Below, in pieces: positions 1 to 15,132 of a stretch of 64,000 nt of DNA (its first letter is position 1; each line of letters begins with the position of its first letter). Below the pieces are notes generated by a model. The model saw only the letters and a list, made by a program, of their open reading frames with translations, made no database searches and had not been told where the DNA came from. Location: NCBI RefSeq assembly GCF_009914755.1, contig NC_060931.1; one strand, given 5' to 3'. The position numbers were made by a program, and so were the translations under genes. Origin of the DNA: the human T2T-CHM13v2.0 reference genome, Homo sapiens.

Positions 1-270
1 CAGAATAACTACATTGTCCAGAAAAAACAGCTATACGTGTTTTTTCCAGTTTCTAAGGGTGAAAATTTTATGACCTTCTTTGGAATTCTTGCATTTTATC
101 TTATTGGCAAAGGAGTTCCTACTTTTGCCATCACAAGACAGCTTCTTAATTTATTTCTTTTAAAAAGTCCTTTTAATAGAATTGTAAATCTTACCATCAT
201 TCAATTTTACAACACATATAAAAATTGTATATAATTTATACACTTCCTTACTTACCAATGTTTCCACTCT

Positions 271-578
271 TTTTTTTTTTTTTTTTTTGAGATGGAGTCT
301 CACTCTGTTGCCCAGGCTGGAGTGCAGTGGCACTATGTGGGCTCACTGCAATCTCCGCCTCCTGGGTTCATGCCATTCTCCTGCCTCAGCCTCCTGAGTA
401 GCTGTGACTACAGGCGGCCGTCACCACACCTGGCTATTTTTTTTTTTTTTTTGTACTTTTAGTAGAGACGGGGTTTTACCGTGCTGGTCAGGATTGTCTC
501 GATCTCCTGACCTTGTGATCTGCCTGCTTCGGCCTCCCAGAGTGCTGGGATTACAGGCGTGAGCCACTGCACCCAGCC
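271..578 (-). mobile_element. Alu (AluY-like), full length
   Basis: Poly-T followed by reverse-complement Alu body; TSD caatgtttcca(c/t)tct at 256-270 and 579-593. Confidence 0.95.
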
Positions 579-971
579 CAATGTTTCCATTCTTTTGCAC
601 TAAACATATCAAACTCTTTTAACCCTTTCTCGTATGCTGTTATTGCAACCTTATAATCAATGATTGACTCTTGGATTTGCTCATGTTTTCTATTTTCATA
701 TGTGAGATTACTATTTCAGAGTAGTTCACATATTTTAACTCTTGGCCCCATTATCATATACAATTTTTAATATGACCTAATATGGTATTTGGCTTTTTTT
801 CCCTCCAAGAGTAGTGAAATACTTGTTTACTTTCAGCCTGTAGGTCCAAAACAATCTCATGCCATGAAACCTAAACGGTAATCTCCTAGTCTATGTTGTT
901 GGTGTTATTTGTCCCAACATACTTACGTTTTCTAAATTTTAACATGTTTTGAAAAATTACTTTTCCCCTTA

Positions 972-3546
972 AGAACATAATCTGGAAGCTAAAGAATGAT
1001 ATCCACCAACATGAAACCACATGAAAGTTTAAAACCCACTGCCAGAGCAAACACACAAATAAGAAATAGAAAGGACTCAAATATTACCACTACATGAAAC
1101 CACCAAACCGCAATGATAAGAAGAGAGAAAGAAGGAACAAAGGACATATAAATCAACCAAAAATCAATTCATAAAATGACAAGAATAAACCCTCACATAT
1201 CAGTAATAAGCTTTAATGTAAACATACAAGTTTTCCACCTAAAATATATAAATTGTATGAGTGAAAGAAGAACGACTGCCTTCAAGCAATTTACTTCATC
1301 TCTCCAGATACACATAGACAAAAAGCAAAAGGATAGAAACAGAAATTCCATACAAACAGAAACAAGAAGCAAACAAGGGTAGCTTTGCTTACTCAGATAA
1401 AGCAGACTTTACGTCAGAAACAGTAAAAATAGATGAAGAAAGCCATTATATAGTGACAAAGGAATCAATTCAGCTAGAGGATGTAACAATCCTAAACGTA
1501 TATGTGCCCAACGGTAGAACACCTAGATATATAAAACAAATATTAGATGAAGGGAGAGATAGACTCTAATACAATAAACTTTGGGGACTTCAACACCTCA
1601 CTCTCAACCTTAGACAGACTATTTAGACAGAAAATTAACAATTAACTTTGGATTAAAACTGTACTTTTAACCAAATGAACCAAACCGACATTCACAGATA
1701 TTTCATCCAACAGCTACAAAATATACATTCTTCCTATCAGCACATGAAACATTCCACAGGATAGGCCATATGTTAGAACACAGAGCAAGTTTCAACAAAT
1801 TTTCTTAAAATTGGAATCATATCAAGTATCTTCTGAGATCAAAATGGAATAACACCAGAAGTCAGTAACAAGAAGAACTTTGCAAGTTTTACAAATACAT
1901 GGAAATTAAACGACATGCTCCTGAATGACCATTGAGTCAAAGAAAAAACTTAAAAAATTTTTTTAAATATTATTGAAGCAAATGGATCCTGAAACATAAT
2001 ATACAAAAACCTGTGGGATAAAGCAAAACCAGTGCTGAGAGCAGTTTATAACAATAAAAGTCTACATCAAAAAAGTACAACGATTTTGAATAAACAATCT
2101 AACAATGCACCTCAAAGAACTAAAAAAGCAATATTAAACCAAACCTCAAATTAGAAGGAAAGAAATAATAAAGATCAGAGCAGAACTAAACAAAATAGAG
2201 AGTAAAATATACAAAGAAAATAAAAAGTTGTTTTTTGAAAGGATAAACAAAATTGATAAACTGCTAGTCTAATCAAGAAAAAAAAACTCCAATAAATAAA
2301 ATAGACAACAATAAAGTTACACTGCAACTTATACAACTGAAATACAGAAGATCATAAGGGATTATTATGAGCAACTATATACTAACAAACTGGAAACCTA
2401 GAAGAAATAGATAAATTCCTGGATACATACAATCTACCAAGATTGAATCAGGATGAAACAGTAAATCTGAAAAGACCAATAAAGAGCAGTAAGACTGAAT
2501 AAGTAATAAAACATCTGCCAACAAAGAAAAGTTGAGGACTTAATGGCTCCACTGCCAAATTCTATCAAATGGGTAAAGAACTAACCCATATTTCCCTAAA
2601 CTATTCTGAAACATTGAAGAGGAAGGTATTCTCCCTAACTCATTCTAAGAGGCCAACATCACCCTGATAACAAAACCAGCAAAGAGTCGACAACAACAAA
2701 AATCCGTAGGCCAATATTCCTGATGAACGTAGATACAAAAACTCTCAACAAAACACTAGAAAAATGAATCCAGCAGCAAATAAAAAATATAGTACACCAT
2801 GATCAAACATGATTTATCCCAAGGATGCAAGGATGGATTAACATATGCAAACCAATAATCATAATACATAACATCGGTAGAATGAAGCACAAAAGCCATG
2901 CTCATCTCAGTAGACACAGCAGAAGCATTTAATAAGATTCAACATTTCTTTGTGATAAATACTCTCAAAAACTAAGCAAAGAAGAAATATGCCTCAACAT
3001 AATAAAGTCACATCATGACAAATCCACAGCTAATATCTTACAGAATGAGAAAAAAGCTGAAAACCTTTTTCTCTAAGAACTGGAACAAGGCAAGGATGCC
3101 CTCTTTTACTCTTCCTAGTCAACATAGTACTAAAAGTCCTAGTCAGAGCAATAGACAAGAGGACAAAAAGAACAACAAAAGGGATCTAGATTGGAAAAAA
3201 GGAAGTCACGTTATTCTTCTTTGCTGTTGATATGATCTTATATCTAGAATAACCTAATATTTCACCAAAAAACCTCCTAGATCTGAAAAATGAATTCAGT
3301 AAAATTGCAAGATATGAAATTAACAAACTATTATTAAAGTAGTAGCATTTCTATATACCAATAATGAGCTAACTGTGGGAGAAATCAAGAAGGCAATCCA
3401 ATTTGCAATAGCTACAAAAAAAAAAAAATCTTATAAATAAATTTAACCTAAGGGGTAAAAGATCTCTACAAGGAAAATTACAAAACACTGATGAAAGAAA
3501 TTGAAGAGGATACAAACAAATGGAAAGATATCCCAAGCTCATTGAT
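972..3546 (+). mobile_element. Old L1 (L1MA/L1M1-like): inter-ORF region plus degenerate ORF2 (endonuclease to RT), 3'-truncated
   Basis: ORF2-like start MTRINPHISVISFNVN at 1176; recognisable ORF2 motifs with many stops and frameshifts. Confidence 0.9.
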
Positions 3547-4544
3547 AACACACTCAAGAACATACTCATCCCATAGACAAGACAATATAAAGCAATTACA
3601 TAATTAAGTCCACAAAACAACCAGCTAACAACAAAATGACAGGATCAAAATTTCACATATCAATACTAAAATATTAAATGGTCTAAAAGCTCCACTTAAA
3701 AGGTATAGAGTGGCAAACTGGATTAAAAAACAAGACCCAACTCTCTACTATCTTCAAGAGACCCATCTCACATGTAACAATACCCACAAGCTCAAAGTAA
3801 AGGGACAGAGAAAGATATACCAGATAAACAGAAAACAAAAGAGAGCAAGAGTCATTATTCTTATAACAGATAAAGTAGATGTTAACCAACAACAATAAGA
3901 AATAACAAAAAAGGTCATTGCATAACAATTAAGGATTCAATAAACACGAATACATAACTCTTCTAAACGTATATCCACCCACGATCGGAGCACTGAGATT
4001 CATAAAACAAGTTCTCCTTGACTATGACAGCCACACAATAATAGTGGGAGACTTCAACACCCCAGTGACAGCGTTAAACAGATCATAGAGACAGAAAACT
4101 AACAAAGACATTCTGGACTTAAACTCAATGCTTGACACACTGGACCTAAAAGACATCTACAGAATACTCCACCTAACAACCACAGAGTATAAATTATTCT
4201 CACCCATACATGGAACATATTCTAAGATCAACCACATTCTTGGTCAAGAAGCAAGTCTTAATAAAATCAAAAAATCAAAACCATAGCAAGCATACTCTTG
4301 GACAACAGTGCAATAAAAATAGAAAACAATACAAAAAGATTTTTCACAACTACACAAAAACATGGAAACTTAAAAATTTACTCCTGAATAAATCTTGGGT
4401 CAACAAGAAAACTAAGGCAGAAATCAAAAAATTCTTTGAAATTAATAAAAATAAAGACACAGCTTACCAATATATTTGGGATGCAGCTAACGCAGCGTTA
4501 AGAAGAAAGTTCATAGTGCAAAATACCTTCATCAAGAAGTTAGA

Positions 4545-4860
<316 letters not shown>

Positions 4861-6611
4861 TCAGACTAATGATCTAACATCACACCTAGAGGAACTAGGA
4901 AAAAAATTAGAAACCAAGCCCGAAGTTAGCAGAAGAAAATAAATAACTAAAATCAGAGGAGAACTGGAAAAAAATGAGATGCAGAAGTCCATACAAAAGA
5001 CCAATGAAACCAATAATTAGTTCTTTTAATTGGTTCTTTGAAAGAATTAACAATATTGATAGACTGGTGGCTAGATTATCAAAGACAAAAAAAAAAGAAG
5101 ATCCAAATAAGTGCAATCAGAAATGATAAAAAGCCATTACAACTGAGCCCACAGAAATTTAAAAAAAGATCCTCAGAGACTATTATAAATACCTCTATGC
5201 ACACAAATTAGAAAATCTAGAGGAAATGAATAAATTCCTGGAAACACACAACCTCCTGGTTGTGTGAACCAGGGATGGACCAAGAAGAAAGTGGAAACCT
5301 GAAAAGACCAATAACAAGTTGAAATGGAATCTGTAATAAAATCCCACCAAAAAAAAAAAAGGAAAGAAAGAAAAGAAAAAATCCTGGTCAGATGGATTTG
5401 CAGCCAAATTCTAACAGATATACAAACAACTTATACCAATTCTACTGAAACTATTCCAAAAAGTTGAGCAGGGGCTCCTCTCTAACTCATTCCACAAAGC
5501 CAGCATCATTCTGATGCCAAAATCTGCCAGAGAGACAATGAAAAAAGAAAACTTCAGGCCCATATCCCTGATGAGCATATAGATATAAAAACTTCAACAA
5601 AATACTAGCAAACCAAATCCAGCAGCACATCAAAAAGTTAATTCATAATGATCAAGTAGGCTTTATTCCTGGGATACAAGTTTGGTTAAATGTACACAAA
5701 TCAGTAAATATTATTCACCACCCAAACAGAGTTGGTAACAAAACCATATGATCATCTTCACAGGTGTGAAAAAAGTCTTTGATAAAATCCAACATTCTTG
5801 CATGATAAAAACCCTCAACAAACCAGGCAGCAAGAAAACATACCTCAAAAATAATAAGAGCAATCTATGACAAACCCACAGCCAACATCATACTGAATGA
5901 GCAAAGGCTGGAACTATTCCCCTTGAAAACTGGAACAAGACAAGGATGCCCACTCTCACCACTCCTATTCAACATAGTACTGGAAGTGCTAGCCAGAGGA
6001 ATCAGGCAAGAGAAAGAAATAAAAGGCGTCCAAAGAGGAAAAGAAGAATTCAAATTATCTCTCTTTGCTGACAGTATGAATCTTTACATAGAAAACCCTG
6101 AAGACTCCACCAAAAGGCTCCTAGAACTAGTAAATGACTTCAGTAAAGTTTCAGGGTACAAAATCAATGTATAAACATCAGTAGCATTTTTATGCACCAA
6201 AAACATTCTAGATGAGAGCCAATCAAGAACACAATCCCACTTACAGTATCCACAAAAAAAATGAAATACTTAGGAATACATCTAACTAAGGAGGTGAAAG
6301 ATCTTTATTATGAGAATTATAAAACACCTCTCAAAGAAGTTAGAGACAACATAAGTAAATGGAAAAATATTCTATGTTCATAGATAGGAAGAATCAATAT
6401 TGTTAAAATGGCCAAACTGCCCAAAGCAATTTACAGAATCAATGTTATCCTGATCAAAATACCAACATAATTTTTTTTTGCAGAAGTAGGAAAAAATTCT
6501 AAAATTCATATTGAACCAAAAAAAGTGTATGAGTAGCCAAAGCAATCCAAAGCAAAAAGAAGAAAGCTGTAGGCATCACATTACCAGACTTCAAACTGTA
6601 CCATAAGGCTA

Positions 6612-7057
<446 letters not shown>

Positions 7058-8761
7058 CTATTCAATAAATAGTGCTAGAATAACTGGCTAGCACACGCAG
7101 AATAAAACTGGACATCTATTTTTTATCATATACAAGAATTAACTCAAGATAGATTAAAGATTTAAATGTAAGACCTCAAAGTATTAAATTACTAGAAAAA
7201 ACAAAAAAAACAAAACACGGAAATACCCTTCTTGATATCAGGTTTGGTAAAGAATTTATGGCTAGGTACTCAAAAGTGATTTCAAGAGAAACAAAAATTG
7301 ACAAGCGAGACTGAATCAAACTAAAGAACTTCTGCTCTGCAAAATAAATTATCCATAGAGTAAACATACAGCCTACAGCCTACAGACAGCCTACAGACAG
7401 AAAATATTCACAAGCTATGCATCCAACAAAGGTCTGATATCCAGAATCTATAAGGAACTTAAATCAACAAGCAAAAAACAAATAATCCAATTAAAAATAG
7501 ATAAAATACATAAACAGTGTCATTGTCATTTTTATTGTCATTTTTATTTTATTATTTTATTTATTATGATTTTGTCATTTTTATTGTCTTCAGTATTTTT
7601 TCAACTATCCTAATATTGAAATTCATATTTTCATACACTATCATATTTAATAAAATTGAAATTTATACCCTATGACAAAGTGTATGTAAATATATACAAA
7701 TGTATAATTTGTCTTAAAAATTTTCATAGGAAATATTGATATTGTCCAGCAAAGTTTGCAATTCCGGAAATGGAGGAAAAGAATCTTGTTTGTTTCTATC
7801 ACTATTCTGAAATTATCTGGTCAGTTATAAAAATAACAGGAGGATAAAGGCATTTTTATTGAAGCATAAATAATAAACATCTTTGTAATTTTCTTCATTA
7901 TTTGCAATTAAATCTTCAAAATTAGGGCATTTCAGATTACTTAATATCTATTGTGTAAGTTTCCTTGCCTTACCTTTTTAGGGTAACTACTAATCATAAA
8001 TAGAGAAAGGTCTACATGTAGACGATTCATGGTATTCTTTATAGTGATAATAAAAATAACTGCTTATTATATATCAGATACTATACTCTTCTTGGATATT
8101 CATTTTTATCAGAAAAATATTTAATTCTTTATAATACTATTTTCTTTAGCATTTTATATAATAAAATAATTTTTTAAAGCTCTAATTAATTTATTACTAG
8201 CTACTGAAAATCATTTATAAAAATATTAATATTTTGAGAAAGGCATTAAAAATGGACTAAAATGTAAATTTCAAAAATATGCTCTCTTTAATCTGTGTAA
8301 GTGCTTAATTTTTTATATGCAAATATTAACACTGCAATTTGATCTTCAAATACTATCCTTGACTTTTTCTCCCAATTCTTCACTAAATATGAATGCAAAC
8401 CAAATCCTGAAGGATTTGCATTAAAAAATCTTAATGCAGAATTTTCATCACTCAGGGCTAATTCTGTCTGAAGGACATCTCAAGTTTGTTTCCAGCACAT
8501 TTAAAATTGAAGAACAAAGTGATAGATAGTCAAATGCCATTACTAGAGTTTGGAAAATATTGAATTTGAATTTTTTCCTTGTAGTATAAATGAGAATGGG
8601 TAAAAGAAAATGATATGGCATAGAGCCAGGAGAGAGAAATCTTTGTTATGAAGAAGAGATTCCAAAGACAAAAATATACACAATGAGTGAGGCCATACAC
8701 TGAGAAAAAGAGAGGAGGAGAAGTAAAGTTTAAAAAAAAAAAAAAAGAGAGAGAGACTAAG

Positions 8762-9251
8762 GTAGATTGTTTGCAAAATAGCCACAATAATTCAGTTCCT
8801 GGTATCTGTACTTTTGGGTACTCTTTACCCACATAAACTTGGGTTTAGCCATGTGATTTTCTTTGCTCAATGAGACAAAAGCAAACACTAGAGGAAGAGA
8901 TTTTAACCATGTCTGCTCTTGGGGTCCCCCTTTCTTTCTGTGATTATAATCCTTAGTGACCACTAAGTGAACAAGACTGTGCTAATCTGAGGGAGAATGA
9001 GGGGCCATGTGGAGAACTGAGGTGCTTCAGCCAATAATCCCCAATTATCTGCCAACAGCTAGACACATATGTGAGGCCATTCTAGATTGTCCAACAGCCA
9101 GCTGACCACAGTCACATGGGAGAGGCCAGCAGAGATCACCCACCAGAAGTACTGCCTGTTCAACCACAGAACCACGAACTAAAGTGACTGAGGTGTTTTC
9201 AATCACTAAGTTTTGGGATAGTTTGATATAGAACATAAATTAATGGATACA
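8762..9251 (+). mobile_element. MLT1 (G/H-like) MaLR solo LTR
   Basis: gccatgtgattttctttg, gtgaggccattctaga and terminal cactaagttttggg..ataca resemble MLT1 motifs. Confidence 0.7.
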
Positions 9252-10868
9252 ATGAACAATAAATGGAAATGAGAGACTGTCTCTTTTGATGAGAAATCAA
9301 ACAAGTTAAGCTTATTTATTTTTCTACTTGCTGGTTTAGTTTAGATGTTGGCTTCAGAATTGGTGACTATTTCACTACACTTTGAAATATGCATTAGTTT
9401 AATAAGTTCAATTCATCATAAGTTTGTTTTTACCCTGAAAATTATATTTGTTGAAAATTCTAAAAATAACAGCACACTCCCACCACCTACCCCCAGTTGA
9501 AGGAGGGTAGCAGGATGGACGGAGAAACATCTTGAAATTGCTCTTTAGATAGAAATAGATCACAGTGTTATTACCTGCATACAAGATAGAGTCAAATTAA
9601 AGATTAGGCATTATATTCTATGACTATGAGATTCTCAGTACAAGGTATCTTTTAGAGACAAAAGATGAGGTAATTTTTATCATGTAAATATTATTTAATA
9701 GTTTTACTTACATGTTATTGGATATACTTTATTTGATTCTACATTAAATTCAACAGGTATTTATTAAAGTCATTTTAATGTGCTTGACATTTTACTAACA
9801 TTTACGTTTTCTACCCATTTTGAGTTTTAATATACAAAGCTCTCACAAAAAAACTATTTGTTTATTTTTATGTCAGCCCCGGGCCTCATAATTATCTGGA
9901 ACAGCTGTAACAGATCTGCTTTCACTGGTCATTAAATCGTATTGTAAGCTGTGGATCCCTTCTTTCTGAACACCAAAGGTCTGTACCATCTCTTTTCTTT
10001 GGTTTTTCTAGCTTTTGATTAATTGAAAAAGAAAATATATCTTAACATTTTTATTGTGTTTATAAGGAAAAATACCAATTCATAACTCCTTTTTGGAAGG
10101 ACAGAGATATATATACTGTGACCGTCAGAGTATAATTGCATCAAACCTATAAGCAACTAGTTAAGTTGGCAATTTAAAACACAGTAAAGGTTTGTTAATG
10201 TAGCACTCAGGTGGTGAAGCATTTATTGAATTGCATAGTTTTAAGTTTTCAAACGATGTATTGTTACATTAGTTTACAAAGAAAACAGAAATTCAAGTGA
10301 ATGATGTCATATGACTATCAAATTATATGTATTGGCATATATACAGAGGCATATAAATCTATTAGAAAGTATAAAAGTTATTTTAATTGTAAGAATTATA
10401 CAAATGACAACTATCCAAAGGTTTGTTTCTCATAGCCGGCATCTTGTTAAAATAATTTGAAATGTTTGTTGGCATATGTGCAATACCTTGCTCAATTATT
10501 TTTCAAATTTAGCAGTACTCTTTGGAAGCTTATCTATCAACGGAGTTAAGACAGTTAATATTTATCAACCTTTTATTGGAAAATTTCAAACATGTAAATA
10601 TTGAGTAACTCATATGCTAGTTACAATGAAGGATACGGAATGTAGGCTTTAAAGTGGGCAGCAATAAGCCAAGCGAAAATTGGATTTTCTGTTTCTAAAA
10701 AGACTTCATGCTTATATATCACAGGATATATAAGCATGGAATGACTACAACTTACCAAGAATTTTCTAATTCTTGATCTTTTTCTATAAGTCAGTTTGCC
10801 ATGCAAATGTATGTTTTTTTCAATATCCAAGATGAATGTGTAAAATAGGCTATGTCGAAAGAGCATGA

Positions 10869-11194
<326 letters not shown>

Positions 11195-11480
11195 AACTCA
11201 TCTATATTTAATAGTAATTATCAATAACTAAAATTCCAAATAATTTCCATCGTGGTAATAAGTTTGCTTTATATCATTTCAATATTTGTAAATTGGATTC
11301 AACATTTTCTCCCTTATGCAATGTAAGATTTATGTTCACTTCACTTATATATATTGTCCACCTAATCACTATTCAAAACACCAGAGTTAGATATTGATTT
11401 AGATATAAATATGATAACTAAAATTTTTATGTAAACATTTGTATCATCAGATAATGATAGATATACCTGTATGACAGATT

Positions 11481-11510
11481 AGAGATAAACAGATAGATAG
11501 ATAGACAGAT
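11481..11510. repeat. Short imperfect (GATA)n
   Basis: agagataaacagatagatagatagacagat. Confidence 0.7.
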
Positions 11511-12575
11511 CGACCAATTGATCTATACTGCTCCTTTTGTCCAAGGAGACCAAAAATTTGGACAGTTTTGAAAAGCGTATGTTGCATGTTTTCCCTTCGT
11601 TTTGAAAGTTTATGCTTTCAATAATCATTACTCTTTTAACTGAAGTTAGAATTTGAAAAATAGGATGTAAGTAACTTACCAAGACTCAAAATGCTACCAG
11701 AGGGCATAATGTAATCTCCAAGGCAAGTTCTAGTGGTCATAAAAGTCACAAAAGTCTTGCGAGTAGCCATTTCATCAATAGTGCATTTATTTATTTTACA
11801 GGTAGGAGAAATCGTTGTAATATTATATTTTGTCTGTATATTTTGTAATGTTTTGCTTAAATCAATTATATTCTAATAATCCTCTAATATACCAAACTGG
11901 ATGCAATTGATATTGACAATAAAGTGTTGGCAAATTCTCCATTCATTTTTCAAACACAGATGAAATGTGAGATAGATGTTAGAGGTTTTAAAGCATTAAT
12001 AAAGGAGAATTGGCTCTAGGAGAGAGAATGTAAAGTGATTTTTTATTATTATTACAAAGTCATAGGAATATTTCTCAATTCAGAATATTGAAAGTAATTT
12101 AATATATTATTTTTCATAGTTATCATAAATATAAATAATCTCATAACATTTATATTTAACAATAGCAAAAATGTCTTCATTTACAATTTTATCTTGACTT
12201 TGATATGACTCTTTTTTACCTTTAAATAAAGTCATCTAAAACACATTCATTTTGAGGAAACGTGTAATCTAAATAGCTTCCAGAATTTAAAAAGTAGCTA
12301 AACATTAACTCGTATTGTTAGCATATGTAAGAAAAAATATTACCTTAGAATTTCTACCTTCCTAGGATTTGGTGAGAGAATATATTTACATCCAGTAATG
12401 ACTGTGAGAGTTTTCTCATTAAAAAAAAACAGGATTAAATGATAAAATAGTTTCATTTACCACCAGGGAGTTTTCTTAGATTTCTGATATTTAATTTGGC
12501 TTAATGGCTATATTGTGTTAACATTGCTATGCCAATGAATTTTTATACTATTGTAGTTAATAAAAGATAGAATCC

Positions 12576-12857
<282 letters not shown>

Positions 12858-14027
12858 CTATTAAAAGGCACTGACCAACACAGAAAATTGTTTTATCTGT
12901 TCTTAAAAATTCATAAAACAAATGGTAGAAAAACTGGTTATAAAAAAAAGAAGGTAGAAAATATTTATTTTCTTATACTGCACAACTACTCCCAAACAAA
13001 CTCCCTCTCTTAGTAGAATCAGTTGTAACTAAGAAGAGAAAACCAAGAAATCAAGGACTTACTATAATAAAAATCTGATGACTTCAAAATAGAAATGATT
13101 ATGCCTAAATTTGATTAAATATAGACATAACAAAAGAGCTTATTCAAATATTGGCCCTTTAGACTTGGAGCTTTGCAAGTCTTTGAATAATAAAAATTAC
13201 AGAAGTTCTGGAATCAGTTAGTACCATGATTTGAATCAATCAGAAATATATAGAAATTAAATTAATAACTATCGATATTATAGTATTTAATATAAGAAGA
13301 GCAAAGTGTGGCCATGCTTTATTAAGATGTATAGATTTCAAAAGAGAGAACATGTTATCCTATTATAAAGTTTAACTATTTGCAGATACATGTTGAATTG
13401 AGTAGTTATGTTAGGTTTCAAAAATGACACATTATTTAATTAATTGCATTTAAATCTATCAGGGCAGAAAACTTTTTTAAAATAAAAATGATTGGTTATT
13501 TATTATGCATAAACTAGGTGTTATGTAATAAACCATGTAAGTGCAATCTATTAGTACAATTAAGATGCCTTAGTGTGACAATCTCATTTTGGATTGATTA
13601 GCAGAACAGCTTCAGGTATTCTTTTTTAAAAATTTCAATCTATTTCAAATTCAAAAGTGCTTAAATTTAAAAAAGTCTTAGAGAAATTTGTTTTAAAGGA
13701 ATCATTGTCTATCAAATAAGTAGAATTTAGGGTTGTATAGCTGTTCAGTATATTCTGAAATAAACTAAGTCAAATTATGAATAAAATTGGCCCACTGACA
13801 TTGGCACATATTTCTGCATTTCACTTGTAGCAAGACAACCATTGGTACATGGTAAAAAGTAAGGAAAAAGTAAATGTTATTAGCAATGCTAGGTCAATGC
13901 AAAATGGCTTGTACCAGGTCCCAGTTAATTGACATAATGTAGATTTGAATGAAAACTCTAGAAACAAATTTTTAATTTGACAATTATTCTTTTTCTTTCT
14001 TCATTCACTTTTACTATAGCAAGGTTA

Positions 14028-14110
14028 AAATCTCAGAAATCTCAGAAGTCACTACTAAATAATTTATACGTGTAACCCAAAACCACCTGTACCTCAAAAA
14101 CTACTGAATT
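14028..14110 (+). mobile_element. L1PB/L1MA extreme 3' end fragment
   Basis: atctcagaa..cactaaa..tgtaacccaaaaccacctgtacctcaaaaactactgaa. Confidence 0.6.
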
Positions 14111-14599
14111 TTTTTAATTGGCTAGCTAGAAAAGTAGTTAATACTAGCCCATAAATCTGGCTTCTTGATGTTTGTTTTTGGAAAATTAGCAATGAATGAA
14201 CTTCCTGAGAGAATGAGTCATTCTTGGGAACATGGCAAATGTTCTTGCTTTTGCTCAGTTTAGTCAACGAAAGCATACTCTACTCTGTGCCTAAAGCAGC
14301 AATCAATTTAATTTTATGTGTCAATTCCATTAGAAAAGCGAACAAAACAAAAATAAAAAACATGTACACCGACAACTATCTGAACTTTGATAAGATAATG
14401 AAGTCGATGACATCTTAAATCTCTTTATCCAAAATGATTTGTAAAACTTGATAGGAATACTTACAAATAGAAAGAATATTCTAATGTTTCTATTGCTTAC
14501 TTTTAAAATGTTTGGATTGCCTGTAAGTTATTAATTTCTCTCAAATTTACCTTCCTTGAATTACTCTCTTCTACTACAAACTAAGTAATATAGTCAAAA

Positions 14600-15132
14600 C
14601 TGACCTCATCTTCTCCATCACCTTCACCTTACCTAAAATGCTAGAACCTATAGAATCATTCTAGATGGCTTCCTTTCAATCATTTCCTTCATTTCTATTC
14701 TCTCAACAAATGCTGTATGCTCTGGTCATTTACTGTCTATCATGTGCATCCCTACCTCTTTACTTTCACTGCCTATTCCTAAATTCAGAATTCAGACTAT
14801 GATCTTTGCTTGGTTGTAACTTAGTGATTATTTTCCACTTGTCTAGAATGCACTTTCCAACTCTCCTTCATATAGCTAATTCCAACTCATCAAGCATGGT
14901 TCATAAAACATCTCCAAGAAGTCCTCCTTGACTTTTCCACGTGATAAATTTCTTTTCCATGCTTCCTTAATCCTCTATATCATAGTACTTATGCCATTGA
15001 ACCGTAACTGTCAATTTATATAACCCTCTCCTATTTGCCTTGAAGGTAGATAGGGTCTATATTATTTTAATTTTAACTTCTTTTCCAAACAAATATAAGG
15101 CACTAAATGCTGTGAATATTTGTTCAATAAAT
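14600..15132 (+). mobile_element. L2 fragment(s)
   Basis: Pyrimidine-rich L2-like sequence ending aatatttgttcaataaata. Confidence 0.5.

Noticed and set aside
10756-10866. Minus-strand donor TTG|gtaag with an 81-aa ORF
   Set aside because: Weak acceptors and no recognisable protein
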